A stretch of 64,000 nt of DNA, taken from assembly GCF_018350175.1 (NCBI RefSeq), contig NC_058383.1:2046001-2110000 (forward strand). Direction: 5' to 3'. Both the position numbers and the translations under genes were made by a program. The DNA is from Felis catus. Its lineage: Eukaryota. The notes under the pieces were generated by a model. That model saw only the letters and a list, made by a program, of their open reading frames with translations. It searched no databases and had not been told where the DNA came from. Positions 35,467-48,999 of this stretch are shown here, piece by piece (the first letter of the stretch is position 1; each line of letters starts with the position of its first letter).

Positions 35467-38400
35467 ATTTTTATTGATACCGTTCAGATAGATAATTTAG
35501 CCAAACGATTCCATAAACCCGATTCAACTCTACTTACCTTTGACCTCTAACCATTGCCAAAACATTTGCCTGCAGTCCTAATGACACCACAGTCTACGGT
35601 ACAGAATCTTCTTGTGTGTTGGCACTGAGCACCCAGCACGGCCACCAGGCCACTAGGCCACTGTGCCTGTTGACCGTCGGGGAGAGGGATGTGGGACAGA
35701 CCCAACGCTGAGGCACGTGTGTGTGTATTTATGACAGAGAGAGACACTGTCAGCCCTCGTTCCTCTAAAAATGGTACGTGTTGCCATGCTTTGACGCAGA
35801 GGACCCACCTATGGCTTTTAATGTACCACAGGGGTTCTTATATTGCTTATTTTGCTATTAGCGCAGCCAAGTCCCTGCACTCAGGTGTGGACGGTGACGG
35901 CTCCTGTTAGGGTGCGTTCTGCCCAAGCATCTGTGCCTGGGGCAGGGCCCGCACACTGTGGGCACACGGTACCTGTCTGTGGAGTGAGTGAGCGAATGAA
36001 GGGGTGGTGCCACGGAGCCTCATTCTGAACCAGCCAGGGTGGCTGCCATCACCCTCTCCAGCTGTTCGTAAGGTGATCACGGCTTGTGGAGGTTCTGTGA
36101 CTGGCCCTGAGTGGGCGCACACCTCACTGTTTCTGACTTCTGGCACTTTCTAAGCCTTGTGTTGTCTGTGCGGCTTGCACTGTTCCTGAGGAAGTTAGCT
36201 GACACCCTGTTTTGAGAGAATCGGTTTGTCTTTATTCCCTCCCCGTGTTCTCTCCTCCCCCTGAAAGATGCTATGGCTCCCCCTTACCTCCTCCCAGAGG
36301 GGGCGGGGCTGCTGCCAGAGGGGACGGGACTACCTTATGCGTGCTCATCTCCCACAGCCACCTGCAGAGGAGGCCTGCAGTCATGGAATGGCCAGGCCGC
36401 CCTCTCCCTCCCCAAGCCCTCGTCCCAAGAGGGCGGGAGACCCGGGTCAGGGATGCAGGCGGGCTGGGCTGGTCCTGGCGGACGGCCAGGAGCTCATGGA
36501 CCCCCGTCATGTGGGTCCGAGCCCCATGGGTGGCCTGTACGTTCAGTAAGCCTACTGGGCCCCCTCCCAGCAGGCCCTTCAGAGCGGCCCCGGTCGCCAC
36601 CTCGGCTGCCCTCAGGGGTCTTAGCTCTGGAGCGGCTGTGCGGGTGGCCCTATGTGTTACACGGAGCACCCGATGGCTTCCCGGTGCAGGACTCCGGGGG
36701 CCACACTGACGTCCCCAGAACCTTCTCCTTCAGCTTCTCGGGAGGCAAGCGCGGTTCCTGGTTGGACTTGCTCCTCAGCGTGTGCTCTCCCCGTTCGGTT
36801 GGGATTGCTGCTAGGAGTGAGGGGGGTGGGGGGGCGAGGTGTGATGGTCCCGGCGGGCGCCTTGGTCTGTTCTCCTTGGGGGCTCCGCCCTGAGAGAGCA
36901 AGTTCACAGATACCATGCAGACCCGGGGAGCGGGGGTGTGCTCACCCAAGCACATTCTCCAGTGATAATTCCTGCCCATTTCTTTATAAGCCATACGTCC
37001 TTTCCTGCCCACCCGTAAAACTTGGACAGCATAGACGATATAAACAGGTTCAGATGCGTGACTGTGGGGTAGACGCGTGTTGTTTTTTGCCGACGCGCGT
37101 TCCTCCCGGCTAAAGAGCCCGCCTCCGGGCTTCCTTAGCCTGAGAGAGTCGAGCGGGCCGTCCCCACCCCACACCTGAGCTCTGGCCCGGCAGCCACGTG
37201 CTGGATAGAGGCAGGCCTCACACCCCAGCTGGACGCATCAGACCCAGGGCCTGCGGCTGGAAACCTTCGGGAAGGGGCTCTGCCAGGCTGGTGGGGCGGG
37301 AGCGGTTCCGCCAGCAGAGCCCCACGGAGACAGAGGCCACGCCGTGAGGGCTAGACGTGCACAGCACGGTCCACCTGCCGTTGGTAGGTGCGGGGCCGAC
37401 GCGCGTCCACTGGCTTACGCTCCTTTGAGCCGGATCTGTGTATTGAATGTCCAGGATGTGACTGCTATGCCACTTCATCACCAATGGGCATCAGAACGCA
37501 GGGTTAAAGGGCGTTCCGTCACTGAAGAGAAGCCGTGCGACCTCCGCGCACGTGGGTTATGGTTCGCTTTGGCGTGAGCAGTTCAGTTCAGATGACGGAA
37601 CTTTACGTTTTCCTACTGTGCCCAGACCCAGTGACCAAAGGTCCCCTAGTGGGATACCAGTTCAGACCAGCAGAGAGGTTAATGAGGGACCGTGGGATCT
37701 TTCTCCTCTCGGGAATTACTTCTTCACGCGTCATGCAGAGGGAAGCGGGTGAGAAATGACACCCCGTTGGAACGCATCCCTGCACTCGCCCTCCGCTGCT
37801 CTGGTGCGTGCCGAATGTCGTTCCTCAGGCCTGCCGGAGATGATTCAGGCTGGCCGTCCCGGGCACCGTCTGGACGGCATTTGCTCGTGGTGGTGGCACC
37901 GTCACGCTTGTGTGTCACGGGTCTGTTGGGTGCCTTTGTGGGTGATGAATGAACACAGCCGGTCTGACTGCCTTCTGCGCTTTGTGGATTTTCCTGCTGG
38001 AGTTTGGTGGAGGCTGCCGGGCCGGTGGGACTGTGAGTGTGTGCGGTATGCTCGCAGAGGCGGATCCAAAAGGGATAGCTTTTCCGGGGAGGGGGTGTTT
38101 TGAACTCGGAGTTAGGGCCTGGGCGTCCGAAATTTCCTGGCACTTTGGGGCACGAGGCACACTTAGGCTGGGTGCAGATTTGAAGGGGCAGCAGTGCCGA
38201 GCTTTGAAGAGAAGGAAGCTTCCTTGGGCAGCAGGGAGGGGAGGCCGGCCCGGACGGTTAGCAGAGGTGCCCACAGCAAGTCTGTAGACTGGTCCGTGAG
38301 TCAACCCAAAGTTGCCTTCTTTTTCCGTGTGGTCATACATCGTCACGTGAGCAGAAAGGTTTCCGTGCACGTGAATTGTGAGAGAAGAACGCAGCCACGC

Positions 38401-39149
38401 AAGTAGGTGTGATGGAGTGAGCCGTTTGTGTGATGGAATAAGCCATTTGATAACGGTCTGGAAAGCCTGCATCTGGTTCTGGGTTTGTCTACGGCCGCGG
38501 AGCCAGCAGTATTCCTTGTGGTTTCGGTTCTGCAGCTGTGCAAAATCACCACCTGATGAGCGGTAATAAGTCTGTCTAAACACACTTTGAAATCCTCACA
38601 TGAGCGATGGTTCTGGGTTGTCCAGGCGCCTTGCAAAACAGCGGGTTGGTTTGCAGAAACACAGCCGGCCTTTCCAGGCTCGGGGAACGTCCTGCTTATC
38701 ATGTTTCAAAGAGCTTCGCGGTGTGAGTGTGCTGAGCCGTCAGCAGAGAGGGCCCGGCTGTGCTCATCCCGCCCTGGAGGGCCCTAGAGAGAACTGCGCA
38801 CAGCCCCGGTGGGTGAAGGTCATCGGACGGGTGCCCAGACCTCCCTGAGGATGGGGCGGGGGGTGGGGGGTGGGGGGTGGGTCCCAGGGCACTCTGTCAG
38901 GGCCACAGGCCAGGGGACTTTCGGCCTCAGGCCTTCCACCCTGGACTGGAGTCCATTTCTTATGCGAACTTGGAGTAGGAACCTTTAAAGTGCTCTTTTC
39001 AGCTAGTAAAGCTGTTTGTCCTTAGATGACTGGCCATCCTCTTTAGGAGAATGGGTTTCTCACAATTAAAAAAAAAAAAAAAAAAAAACCGCCCCGACCT
39101 CGTAAATACGTTTTCTTGGATGAATTGGGGGTGGAGATGGTGGTGATAA

Positions 39150-39600
39150 TTTTATTCTTTTTTAAAATGGTGGCAAAACATACATGACGTGAAATTCACA
39201 TCCTAACCGTTTCCACCAGGTCCATGAGTCGGTGGGGTGGCTGTGCAGCCGTGTCCACCCTCTGTCCCCAGATGCCTCGGCCCCCGTGCTGTTCAGGGTC
39301 ACCTGTGCCTGTCCTGTGTGTCCGGCTTCTTGCCCTGAGCATCACATCCTCAAGGTTCATCCATGCTGGAGCAGGTGCCAGAATCCCCCTCCTTTGTGAG
39401 GCCGAGTGACGTTCCGGCGTACAGATGCGTCACCGTCGTTGATCGGCCCCTCCTTCGGTGGGAACCGGTTGCTCTCGCCTGTTGGCTATGTGAATAGCGC
39501 CGTGTGAGCACGGGGTGCAGACGTGCGAGCGCAGACCCGGGAGTAGGATTTCTGGATCACGTGGTAATTCTGTATTTAATTTTTTGCACGACTGAGTTTC
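39150..39600 (-). mobile_element. Old L1 3' remnant
   Basis: catcctcaaggttcatccatg...ggatcacgtggtaattctgtatttaattttttg pattern. Confidence 0.6.
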
Positions 39601-42177
39601 AATTCTTTTTCCTGCCAGAAACGCTTTCAGAGGATGACGGGTGGGAGTAGCACATGGCAGGTTTTCCCCGGCGTGTTTGCGTCCTTAAACCTCCGCGCGG
39701 TTACGGTCACGGAGGCAGAGCTGGCGTCGGCTGTGATGTGGCGGCCCCCACGCCCACGGCCCCGGGTGGGCGGGGGGTGGTGAGTGAGACACGGGCCTGC
39801 CGTCCCAGACCAGGGGCCACGCACAGACGTCCTCGCTCCCCCGTCACACCCATGGAGCGTGTGGCCCGTGGAGGAGCGCCACCCCCGCTCCCGGCTGGGG
39901 AGAAGCCACTTCTGATCCGCGGTTTGGGGGAACCTGTCCCGGGTGACGCCGCCACCAGGCTGGGAGCACCCGGCACCTCGGCCGTCTCCCGGCAAAACGG
40001 GGTGGTCTCTGTCCTCTGAGAAAGCTTCACCGGGTGAAAACCAGAAGCAGAGCAGTGTAACTTAGGACCCTTGACCCGGCTCCCTCCCCACCCCAAGCCC
40101 AGGGCTTCCGTGCGTCCCTCGTCCCTCGCTGCTCCTCACGCTGCTGTCTGGCTGCCTCTGTGCCAGGAGCCAGGGTGGTTCCCGCAGGGAGCTCTTCTCG
40201 AGCATGTATACAGTGGTGCTTAATGGGGCCTGTCGGAGTCCTGAGGGCAGGAAAGATGAGAAGTCAAGACCCAGACCCCCCAGACCTGGATGTGGGGGGC
40301 AGGGTTTCAAAGAACTGTCTCTGTACCCCGCTCGTCCACCCACGTCCTAGGGTCACGAGTCCTGTCACTGTGTGCCGTGCCCACTCAGACGCAGGATCCT
40401 GATGCGGGCTCTCGGGGGGGGGGGGGGTTTCCCGCCCCTGCCCCCGCCCCCCCCCCCCACAGGACAGCAGTGTCCGGCGGAGGGAAGAGTCTGGAGAGGG
40501 AACTGGGCCCAGGGCTTGAGAGAGAGCAGTGGGATCCAAGACTCCTCCCAAGACACGGATGCCACCGGGTACCCTGTGGCGCGTGTCCCTTGGAGCAAGC
40601 GCTTCTGTGCGCCCCGTTCAAACACCCTGGCTCCTTCCTGGGACAATTCCAGCAGGAACTGGGCCTTTGACGAAACGGCTTCCATTTCGAAGCCGTTGAC
40701 AAAGCTTGGGGGCTGGAAAACCATCCAGATGAGACGGTTTTACCATTCGGTTACTTTCCTAACCGAGTGTCTTGTTTCCGGAGGTTTCCACAGGAGGTTG
40801 GGTTTCAAAACTTTGGGGCACAGATTTGCAAAATGGATTTGAGAGCATCGGGTTTCAAAGTAGCTTGGCTTGGAAAGTGGTCCCGGCTTCTAAAAGGTTT
40901 GGTTGAAAAATGTTCTGGTTCTAAAATGTTCCAAAAATGCGTCCTAGAGCACAGAGCGCCCACAGTGTTTTGGGAAGGGGCCAGGCCAGAGCGCTGGGTG
41001 AAGAGGGGCCCAGCAGGCAGGGCTGTCCCGCCTTGGGGGGTCTGTGTGCTCTACCCTCTGACAGCAAGTGGTGGCCTGGCAAGCCCAGCTCGTGTCTGTG
41101 GCCTTTTCTCCTCCAGCCGGCTGCCATTTCTCCTCCAGCCGGCCCTGCGGGACATTGTGCTGGTGGGTCCTCGGCTCTTTGTGAGGGCCCCCACCGCAGT
41201 CTGCACGCCTGGCTCCTGGGTTCCTGTCCACGGGCGCCCCGACTCCGAAGAGACCTCTGACTTGAGACTGAGTATTCCTTTCAAGAAAGGAGGATCCGTC
41301 TGAGAGGAGGCTTATCAGTGGAAACTCAGAACTTTGAGGAAGGTTCTTGTAAAGTCACGGGCTGAGCCGGATTATCATCCCGTTTTCCGGATGGGGAAGT
41401 TGAGACCCAGAGAGGCTGTGATAACCTGCTCAGATCCCACCATTACTCAAGGATCTATGTGTTCTGACCCCAAACTCCTGCTTTTTCCCAAAGCTTTCAA
41501 AGCCTCCCTTAGGAGCCCTGCCTGCCATCAAGGCATTTGACCCAGGGCCCTCCCACTGCCTGTCTACGTCTGCCTGTGTCAGCCCCAGCGTCTGGGGTGA
41601 CAGGCCCATCCTTCTGAGCCAACCTAGGCCCAGACCGTGGCTGGAAGGAAGGGACTGGCGTGGCCTCGGTGCCTTGGCCGTCACACTATTGACGGTGGAA
41701 AGTGGGGAGTCGGTAGGAAAGGCCCATAGCTGACAGACAGCCCCCTGTCCTGGGGCGGAGCGGTGTGGGCGACCCCGAGTGTTGGCAGAGAGGCCCAGAA
41801 CAGAGAAGAGGAGAGAGGAAAAATCCAGCACTTTGGAAAAACATCGCTAGCCGAGGGCGCGGCTGGGACATTAGCACCGTCACACCCAGGGAGCGGCCCC
41901 ACCCTGGGCACGGTGCCTGTCCAGAGAGCCAAGAAAGTCTTGCCTCAAATGTGTCAATTAATTTTGGGGCCACATCCTGTCCAGCAGATCTCGCACCACT
42001 TGGGTGGCAGCCAGAGAGAGCTGGGCACGCCTGTGTTCAGGGCTGCTGCTGGGTCCTTATCTGCTAAGGTTGGCTGAGGCCTCCTGCTCTAACTGTGGCC
42101 ATGAGCTCCTTCCAGAAGCCAGTGCTGATGCCCCTCCACGGACGGATCTCACGGACATAATCCCAAGGAATCCATCC

Positions 42178-42392
42178 TGGGAGCACCTGGGTGGCTCAGT
42201 CTGTTAAGCGTCCGACTCCCGCTTTCAGTTTAGGTTGTGATGTCACTTTGTGAGTTCGAGCCCTGCATCAGGCTTCGCTCTGAAGATGCCGAGCCTGCTT
42301 GGGATTCTCTCTCTCCCTCACTCTCTGCCCCTCCCTGTCACACGTGTGCGCTTTTGCTCTCCCTCTCAAATAAACTTAAAAAAAAAAAAAAA
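42178..42392 (+). mobile_element. CAN-SINE
   Basis: SINEC body with poly-A, flanked by duplicated aaggaatccatc. Confidence 0.9.
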
Positions 42393-44459
42393 GGAATCCA
42401 TCGTAGTACAGAGATAACTGTGGAGCCTCAGCCAGTGGGCGGTAAGTGCCCAGCTGCGTCCCCCCGCGTCCTTGTGTCTTCCTGGGAAGTGGGAGCCCCA
42501 GGCCCGTAGCCGAAGAGGAACTAGACAGCCCTGGCTTTCCATCCTCCCCAAGCTGGAACTGCTTCCTGCCTGGCTGCTGACTCACAGGCACGCTTGTTAC
42601 CTGGCCTGGAGACGGGCCCAGGTGCCAGACGGAGCTACGACAGCAGCTTTGAGGGAGTCTGGTAAGAGGGCCCAGAACCGCGGGCCTGCTGAGCTCCTCC
42701 AGGATTCCGGCCTTGGTTTCTAGGCTGAGGGGTCAAGATTGTCCCCACGGAGCCTCCTGGCACTGGCCTGACATGCTGAGGTTTTGGGGCTCGGTGCTGG
42801 GGCCCGCCTCCCCGGGGGCCAGGCCGCTCCTAGGGCCTGGCCAAGGGGCTCTCTACCTTTGCCATCTGTTGGCCCCTTGGCACACTGGATGAGCTGGAAG
42901 GACCCAAACGCCATCTGGGGTAGCAGCTGGGCAGCGGGGAGGCGGGTGGGCGTAGAGGTTGGTGCCACGTCTTCTCATGGGACCGGATGTGGGCTCTTGT
43001 GGGCAGGGCTGCCTCTGTGGGTCACCTCCTTCAGGCCGGTGTTGACCTCACCCGGCCAGCTTCCCTCTTTTCTGTTGCCTGCCTGGCTCCTGGAGGCATT
43101 TGGGTTGGCTGCCTCGAAGGCCCGGGACCCCCACTTTGGAGGGATGGAAACCAAGGTGCAGACGGGGATGGACTTGCCAAGGTCACAGGGACAGCCGGTG
43201 CAGAACCCTCGAGCCAGCCGCCTGCCCGGGCTCCCTCTACTCGCTCCTGCCCTCGAGGCACAGTGACCGCGCTGCCCTGTGGTGGCCCCAGTGGCTCCTC
43301 CTCAGTGTGCAGTGTCCTCTGGTGAGAGCACATGAGGGCTCCAGGGGACCAGAGGCAGAGGAAGGAGGACAGCAGGACGCCTCCTGACCAGAGGTCCCAG
43401 CCCTTCACCCCACTGCACGGCTCCCAACCATACCAGACCCCCTTGCACCCACTCCCTCCTGTGTGCAAGGCCGTCCATGGCCCGGCGTCGGATCTGGCGG
43501 TGGCCAGGCTCACACTGCACCACCTCCCTGGAGCGAGGCTAGCGGCCTCCTCACGGTCTCCCCTCGCCTCTTCTAACCCTTCCTTCCCCTGATGACACCT
43601 GCAGGCTGTGACACCGGCTTTCTCTGAAGCCCCCTCTGTCTTGCGTCTCCCCACCTGCATTCTCTGTCCCCAGGTGGACCCTCTCTGCTCCCACACAGAA
43701 CCACAGAGGGTCCGCATAGAGCACAGATTTGCAGGGCATCCCTGAGAAGTACCCCCAGCAGTCATCTTTGCAGAGAATGAGCACATCTAACATCTGCGCA
43801 GGCGGAGGAAACGTTTGAGTTGGAGGAGATCGCGGCGTCACCACGGAACCCACGGCAGCCTCACTTTGCACACCGGCCACGGCAGGGCACTACCCCACTG
43901 CCCCTGCTTGGCTAGATAATCGACCGTTTACAGTCTCTAATACTGAGCCAGATCCGTCTCCCTTGAACTTGGAAGCTGCACAGAACAGACCCGCGGTCTC
44001 TTCCACATTGGATGTGTTTAGATCTCAGAAGACCGCCGCTGTGTCTTGTCTCCCCCAGTTTTCACCAAGAAAAACTCGTATGAAGCTGGCAAGAGGGGAA
44101 GCCAGAGCCTGGCCTCCTGCCTCAGACTGGCCGCCAGCCTGTCGCTGCTCTGGGGAGTTCGGCAGCCCCACCCCCTAGCCTCTGCCCCCACTTCCTGAAA
44201 AATGTTCCAGACGGGCAAACAAGAGCTGGCCTTTCTGTGGGGGGTCTGAGCCCACCTGAGTCTCTCCACTGTGAGGATGCCGCTCGGCTCGCAGACTGGT
44301 CCTGTTTTGAATGGAGATGTGTTTGGTCTTGTGCAGACACCTGATGTCTTATGTAAGAATTTGCCACTGGAAGCAGTTTTCCTAGCCTTTCCTGAGCCCC
44401 GTGCACCAGGAGGGGGTGAGGACGGCAGCCGGGCACGCAGCCTGGCCACGAAACTCAGC

Positions 44460-44790
44460 AGTGTGCATGTGTGTGTCCGTGCACATGACTGTGTGTGTAT
44501 GTGCTTGTGTGCATGGTGGGTATCTTTGCACGTGTGCGTGGGTGTGCATGCATGCACGGGTGCGCACATGTGAACGTGAGTGTGTGCACGTGTGCAGATG
44601 GGTATGCGCACGAGCATGCCTGTGTGTGTGCATAGTGCACGTGTCTGCCTGTGTGCGCGCGGGCATGCATATGTGGACATGAGTGTGCATGAATGTGTTG
44701 GTGTGTGGAGGTGTGTGCATGGCTGTGCGGACATGTGCCTTCATAACGCGTGGATGTGTGTGTGAATGTGCCCACGTACATCTGTGCGTG
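44460..44790. repeat. Degenerate (TG/CA)n alternating purine-pyrimidine tract
   Basis: gtgtgcatgtgtgtgtccgtgcacatg... over ~330 bp. Confidence 0.85.
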
Positions 44791-44989
44791 GCCTCCGGCT
44801 AGACGGACGGAGGAGCAGCCGGGGACCAGCTAAAAGTGCAGGAAAGTGCCATCCCAGGTGGCAGCTGGTGCTTACGAGGCTCGTGATCGGCTTGCGATCG
44901 GGGAGGCAGAGGGAGAGCAAGCCGATCCTGTCCTCAGGCACGCGGATAGGCTCGGAGCAGTCTGTGTGCTGACGTGAGCGTTCAGCGTC

Positions 44990-45330
44990 AGAGACGCCGT
45001 CAACAGAGCGGAAAGGCACCCACGGAGCGGGAGAGAATGTTTGCAGCTTGTGTATCTGATAAGGGATGAGGGTGCAGAACATACAGAGAACTGAAAGCCA
45101 ACAAAACCCATTCACAAGTGGGCAAAGGACCTGAACGGACTTGTCTCCGAAGAAGACAGCGAAAGGCTGCTCAGTGTCACTGACTCATCCAGGAAACACA
45201 AACCAAGAAGACCACAGTGAGAGATCGCCCCACACCGGGAGGACGGCTGGTGTCAAAGTGGCAGGTGGTGGCCCATGAGGACCCTTGCACCCTTGTGCGC
45301 CGTGGACGGGAATGTAAGGTGGACGCCGGG
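44990..45330 (+). mobile_element. Old L1 ORF2-end remnant
   Basis: gtgggcaaaggacctgaacggac...ccacagtgagagatcgccccacacc pattern. Confidence 0.6.
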
Positions 45331-46444
45331 GGGGTCCGAAGGTGCTGAGCCCAGCGGCCCGGCCTCCTGGGCTCAGGGAGGTGGGCGTCCTATGAGGCTT
45401 AGCTCCTCAGCCTTGCTTGGGGAGGATGTTCACCTCTGGCTTCCCCTGTGCCCCCTTCTGAAGTGTCTGGGAGGGGCCCGGCTGGTGGGAACCCCGCGGG
45501 GGTACCTGGAGGAGGGCCTTGTCCGTGCAGGCCTGTCTCCGGTAGTTTGAAGTGTCTCGGCGAGAGGGGGTCCCAGGGCCGCCCGCCTGTCACGTTGTCC
45601 CGGACGGGGATGTCGTCACCAGGCTGGATGTGCTCGCGTCTGGCAGGGACGTTGCTGTGTGTGACGAGGGCCAGGCGTCACTCACAGGGCTTGAGCCAAG
45701 CCAGCAGGTACGGACCTCCAGCTCCCGGAGGCCGCGTGGCCTTGAGGTGTGTGCAGCCCTCCCTGCTAATAAGGACAGGATTGTCCGCCCTTTGTCAGGG
45801 TTTATCAGCTGAATCTTCCCACGACACTTTGAGCCACGTGGTAACTTACAATTGGGGGGGGAACTGCCTTAAAAAGCAAAACGCAAGAGGTGAAATTAAT
45901 TTTGATAATATATTTGAACAGTATTATCATTTTAACTTGTGACTCATCTAAAAACTGTAAGATATTTTATATTCTGGGTGGTATGGGTGTTTTTGTACCG
46001 AGTCCTCGGAGCCCGGTGTGTACTTTACATTTTGTGGTACATCCCAGTCAGGACCGGCACGTTTCAGTGGTGGCCGTAATGGACTGCATGGCTCCGGGCA
46101 GTGCTTTCCAGAACGATTCCAGTTTTATGCATGAGGAAGCTGAAGCTCTGGGTCACATATTGAGGCCCCCGTCCAGCGCCTGCTCCAGGATCTTGTCCCT
46201 TGCCAGGCCGGGACCTTCCCAGGGACATTGTCTTGGCCCTTGTGATTTCCCTGGCAGTGACTCCCAGCGCTTCCACGGGGCTGACGCACCCCCGCTCACG
46301 CCGGCCAGGGGGGATCCTGCAGCCTTGTGCACGAGGGAACATGTGGAGCAGGGACCCTCTGGGAAGGGGCCCAGCCCCCTCACCCGGGCTGCCAGGGTCC
46401 CCGGAGGGGCTACATGGAGTGGGGCTCGCCGGTCCCGGCGGCTC

Positions 46445-46458
46445 CCACCAGGGGGCAG
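46445..46458 (+). promoter_or_regulatory. Candidate CTCF site CCACCAGGGGGCAG
   Basis: Full match to the CCASYAGRKGGCRS core consensus; motif match only. Confidence 0.4.
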
Positions 46459-48999
46459 TCTCGGGTCAGAAATGCGGCCTGTCTGGGGCTCTGATGGGGT
46501 CTCCAGGGGCTCTCCCACAGGCACACCTGTGCCGGCTCCGTGGTCAAGTGCGTGGGCAGTCACACGGCCTGGTGAATCTTGCCTGAGTGACGGGCCCAGG
46601 GCCTTAGGACTGCCGGGGAAGGGCAGACGCCAAAGCCCTCTGGGCAAAGAGCCTCTGTTAGGAGCAAGTGCCCGGAAGTTGGACCACCCACACGGAGGGC
46701 GGGGAGCTGGTCGCCCTGGCCTGTAACTTCCCCATATCCCCCATCTTGACGGTGGATACCCCCAAGCCCCTTACCCAGAGCATAAAGCTGGCAGGAGCTG
46801 GCCTTTCCCGGGCCAACCCAGCCAGTGAGGAGTGTCCCCCCCCGGCGGGGCAAGGCGGGGTCCTGGAGCTCCACTGTCACTTGTCATCCCTGAGAAAGGG
46901 CACTCTCTGCCCTGGGCTCCTCGTGGGGGTTCCAGGAGATGTGTGGCTCAGCCTCCCCAGGCCCTGAAGCCCCGCAGACATGCCCCTGGGACCACCAGGC
47001 CCGAGCCTGTCTTTGGGCCTTCTCTGTTCTGGAGGTGGCCCCAGGATACCCTTGGACGCATGCGGATACGGCCGTGGGCCACCCGAGTGCGGCAGAACCC
47101 GGCCGCCGCCCAGCCTGGGTGGAGGGCTCGTGTCCACCCTCTGGCACACACTTGAATACGTGGTGGGGGGGGGCCCAGGGGCAGACGCTGGCCACCTTCC
47201 CACGGGTTGCTGACCCTCAGTTCCCATTCTCTTGCCCTGACCCTTTTGGGGGAGCCCTTTGATAAGGCAGAAGGTCCTGCTGCATTTCGGAGCCACGTGT
47301 TAGTGTGCATCCATCTGTTCCACTCAAGCAGTGTCTTGTCTCTGGAATGTTCTGTCCCTCTCCTGAGACTTCCACCTACTGGCTCCCAGCCTGCAGGCTT
47401 TGTCCTCTCCAGGCCTCGCCTCCTACACATAAGGCCCCTCCTCCAGGCAGCCTTCCCTGACCACGGATAAACTCTTGCTACGTTGGAAGTTGGAGCAGTG
47501 GCTGTCCCCACCCCACCTGAATTTATATTCTGATCACCTCTTCCCTGGGCCATTCGCCGTGTTGTTGTCATTACTTTCTAACTGAGGAATCACCTACATA
47601 CAGTTAAGTGCAGAAATTTACACAGCACGAGTCCACTGTGAGACCACCACATGGCCTCTGGGAGATGTGGGGGGGGTCTCCCCGGGGTCTCCTGCCTCCC
47701 TTCCCTCCCTGTGTGCACGTGCCTCCGTGTGCCTCTTCCTGTAGCTGGGCTCGGAGCACACTTCCCACAACCTCGCCTACAGAGCCCCTGAAATCCTCAG
47801 CCTGGTTCCGAAGGGCTGCCCAGATGATGCCCACACCACAGTTATCCCCTCTACACACTGTCCTCACCAGGCACCTCGCCTCCCGCCTCCACCCCCTTAC
47901 TCCAGTTCAGCCCCCAGAACCCGGGCCGGCCCTTCCCTCGTGGCCAGCCCCAGCCCACCTCCTGAGACATTCCCGTTTGTGTCCTCGGGCCTGGCCTGGA
48001 GTGAGTGCTCCACGAACACCTGTTGGAAGAACAGATAGGGGGTTTTGCCTGGATCCATCACGGTTACGTACAATCCAAACTGACTTCGGCAAAATTTAAT
48101 TAAAAAAAGAAATAATTTTGAGGTCTGGGGTACAGATGGCCTTTGAACACACACACAAACCTGCTTCGCTTGTGCTGCCCTCTCACGTAAGTGAGGGTAG
48201 TAAGATAGTTTTACGGGCATAAATCTGCAGACGTAAGGAGGGCAGGAGAGGGCGTGACGGCAAAGCAAACGTTCGAAACCGGAGCAGAGGAGACAAATGG
48301 TAAATGACACGCCGTCCCGAGAAAAGCAAACCCTGAATGTCCGTGGGAAAGCCGAGACCAGCCCGACTTGTCCCCCGGATCCTCAGAGGGCCTGACAGGA
48401 GGTGTCACCGAGGCGTGCAGGGGCGGGGTGACACAGTCCCCAGACGCCCCTCCCCAGCCCAGCCCCGAGAGGGAAGGAACAGTGCTGTGTGCTCCTGGGC
48501 TCCCCACGCCCCACTGACAGCAGGGGTCCTGTACGGATGGCAGACGGGAACGGGCTTCCACACCGCTCACAAAACGAGCATCTTCTCCGGGAACGGGCAG
48601 CCGGAGAAGAGACACTCAGCAAAGACCCTGACACCAGAGCTCCCTGGCCACCAGGGAGCTGGCCAGCCCTGTCCAGAGCCCAGAGCGTCCTGCAGCCTGC
48701 TAGCCCCTCAGTGGCTTCCTCCGTGCCCTTCTGGTCACTCACTCCAGGGGAGGCCAGTGCATGTCAGGACACTCAGGTGGCCCTAAGGAGGGTCACGGGT
48801 CGAGGACCCGAGATCCTTACCAGTGGCCGGTGGGAAGCAGATCCTTCCACCCCAGTTGGGCCTTCAGATGACAGCATTGCTGACTAACACTTGCCGCTTG
48901 TAAGGGCAACCTCATGAGAAACCCCAAGCCAGAGCCACCATGCGGCAACACTCTAGAATCCCCAACCCACGGAAACTAAGTGTTTTGACCTTTTGTTTT

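Noticed and set aside
45890..46726. 278-aa plus-strand ORF
   Set aside because: It has a non-ATG start, low-complexity GC-driven composition and no recognizable domain.
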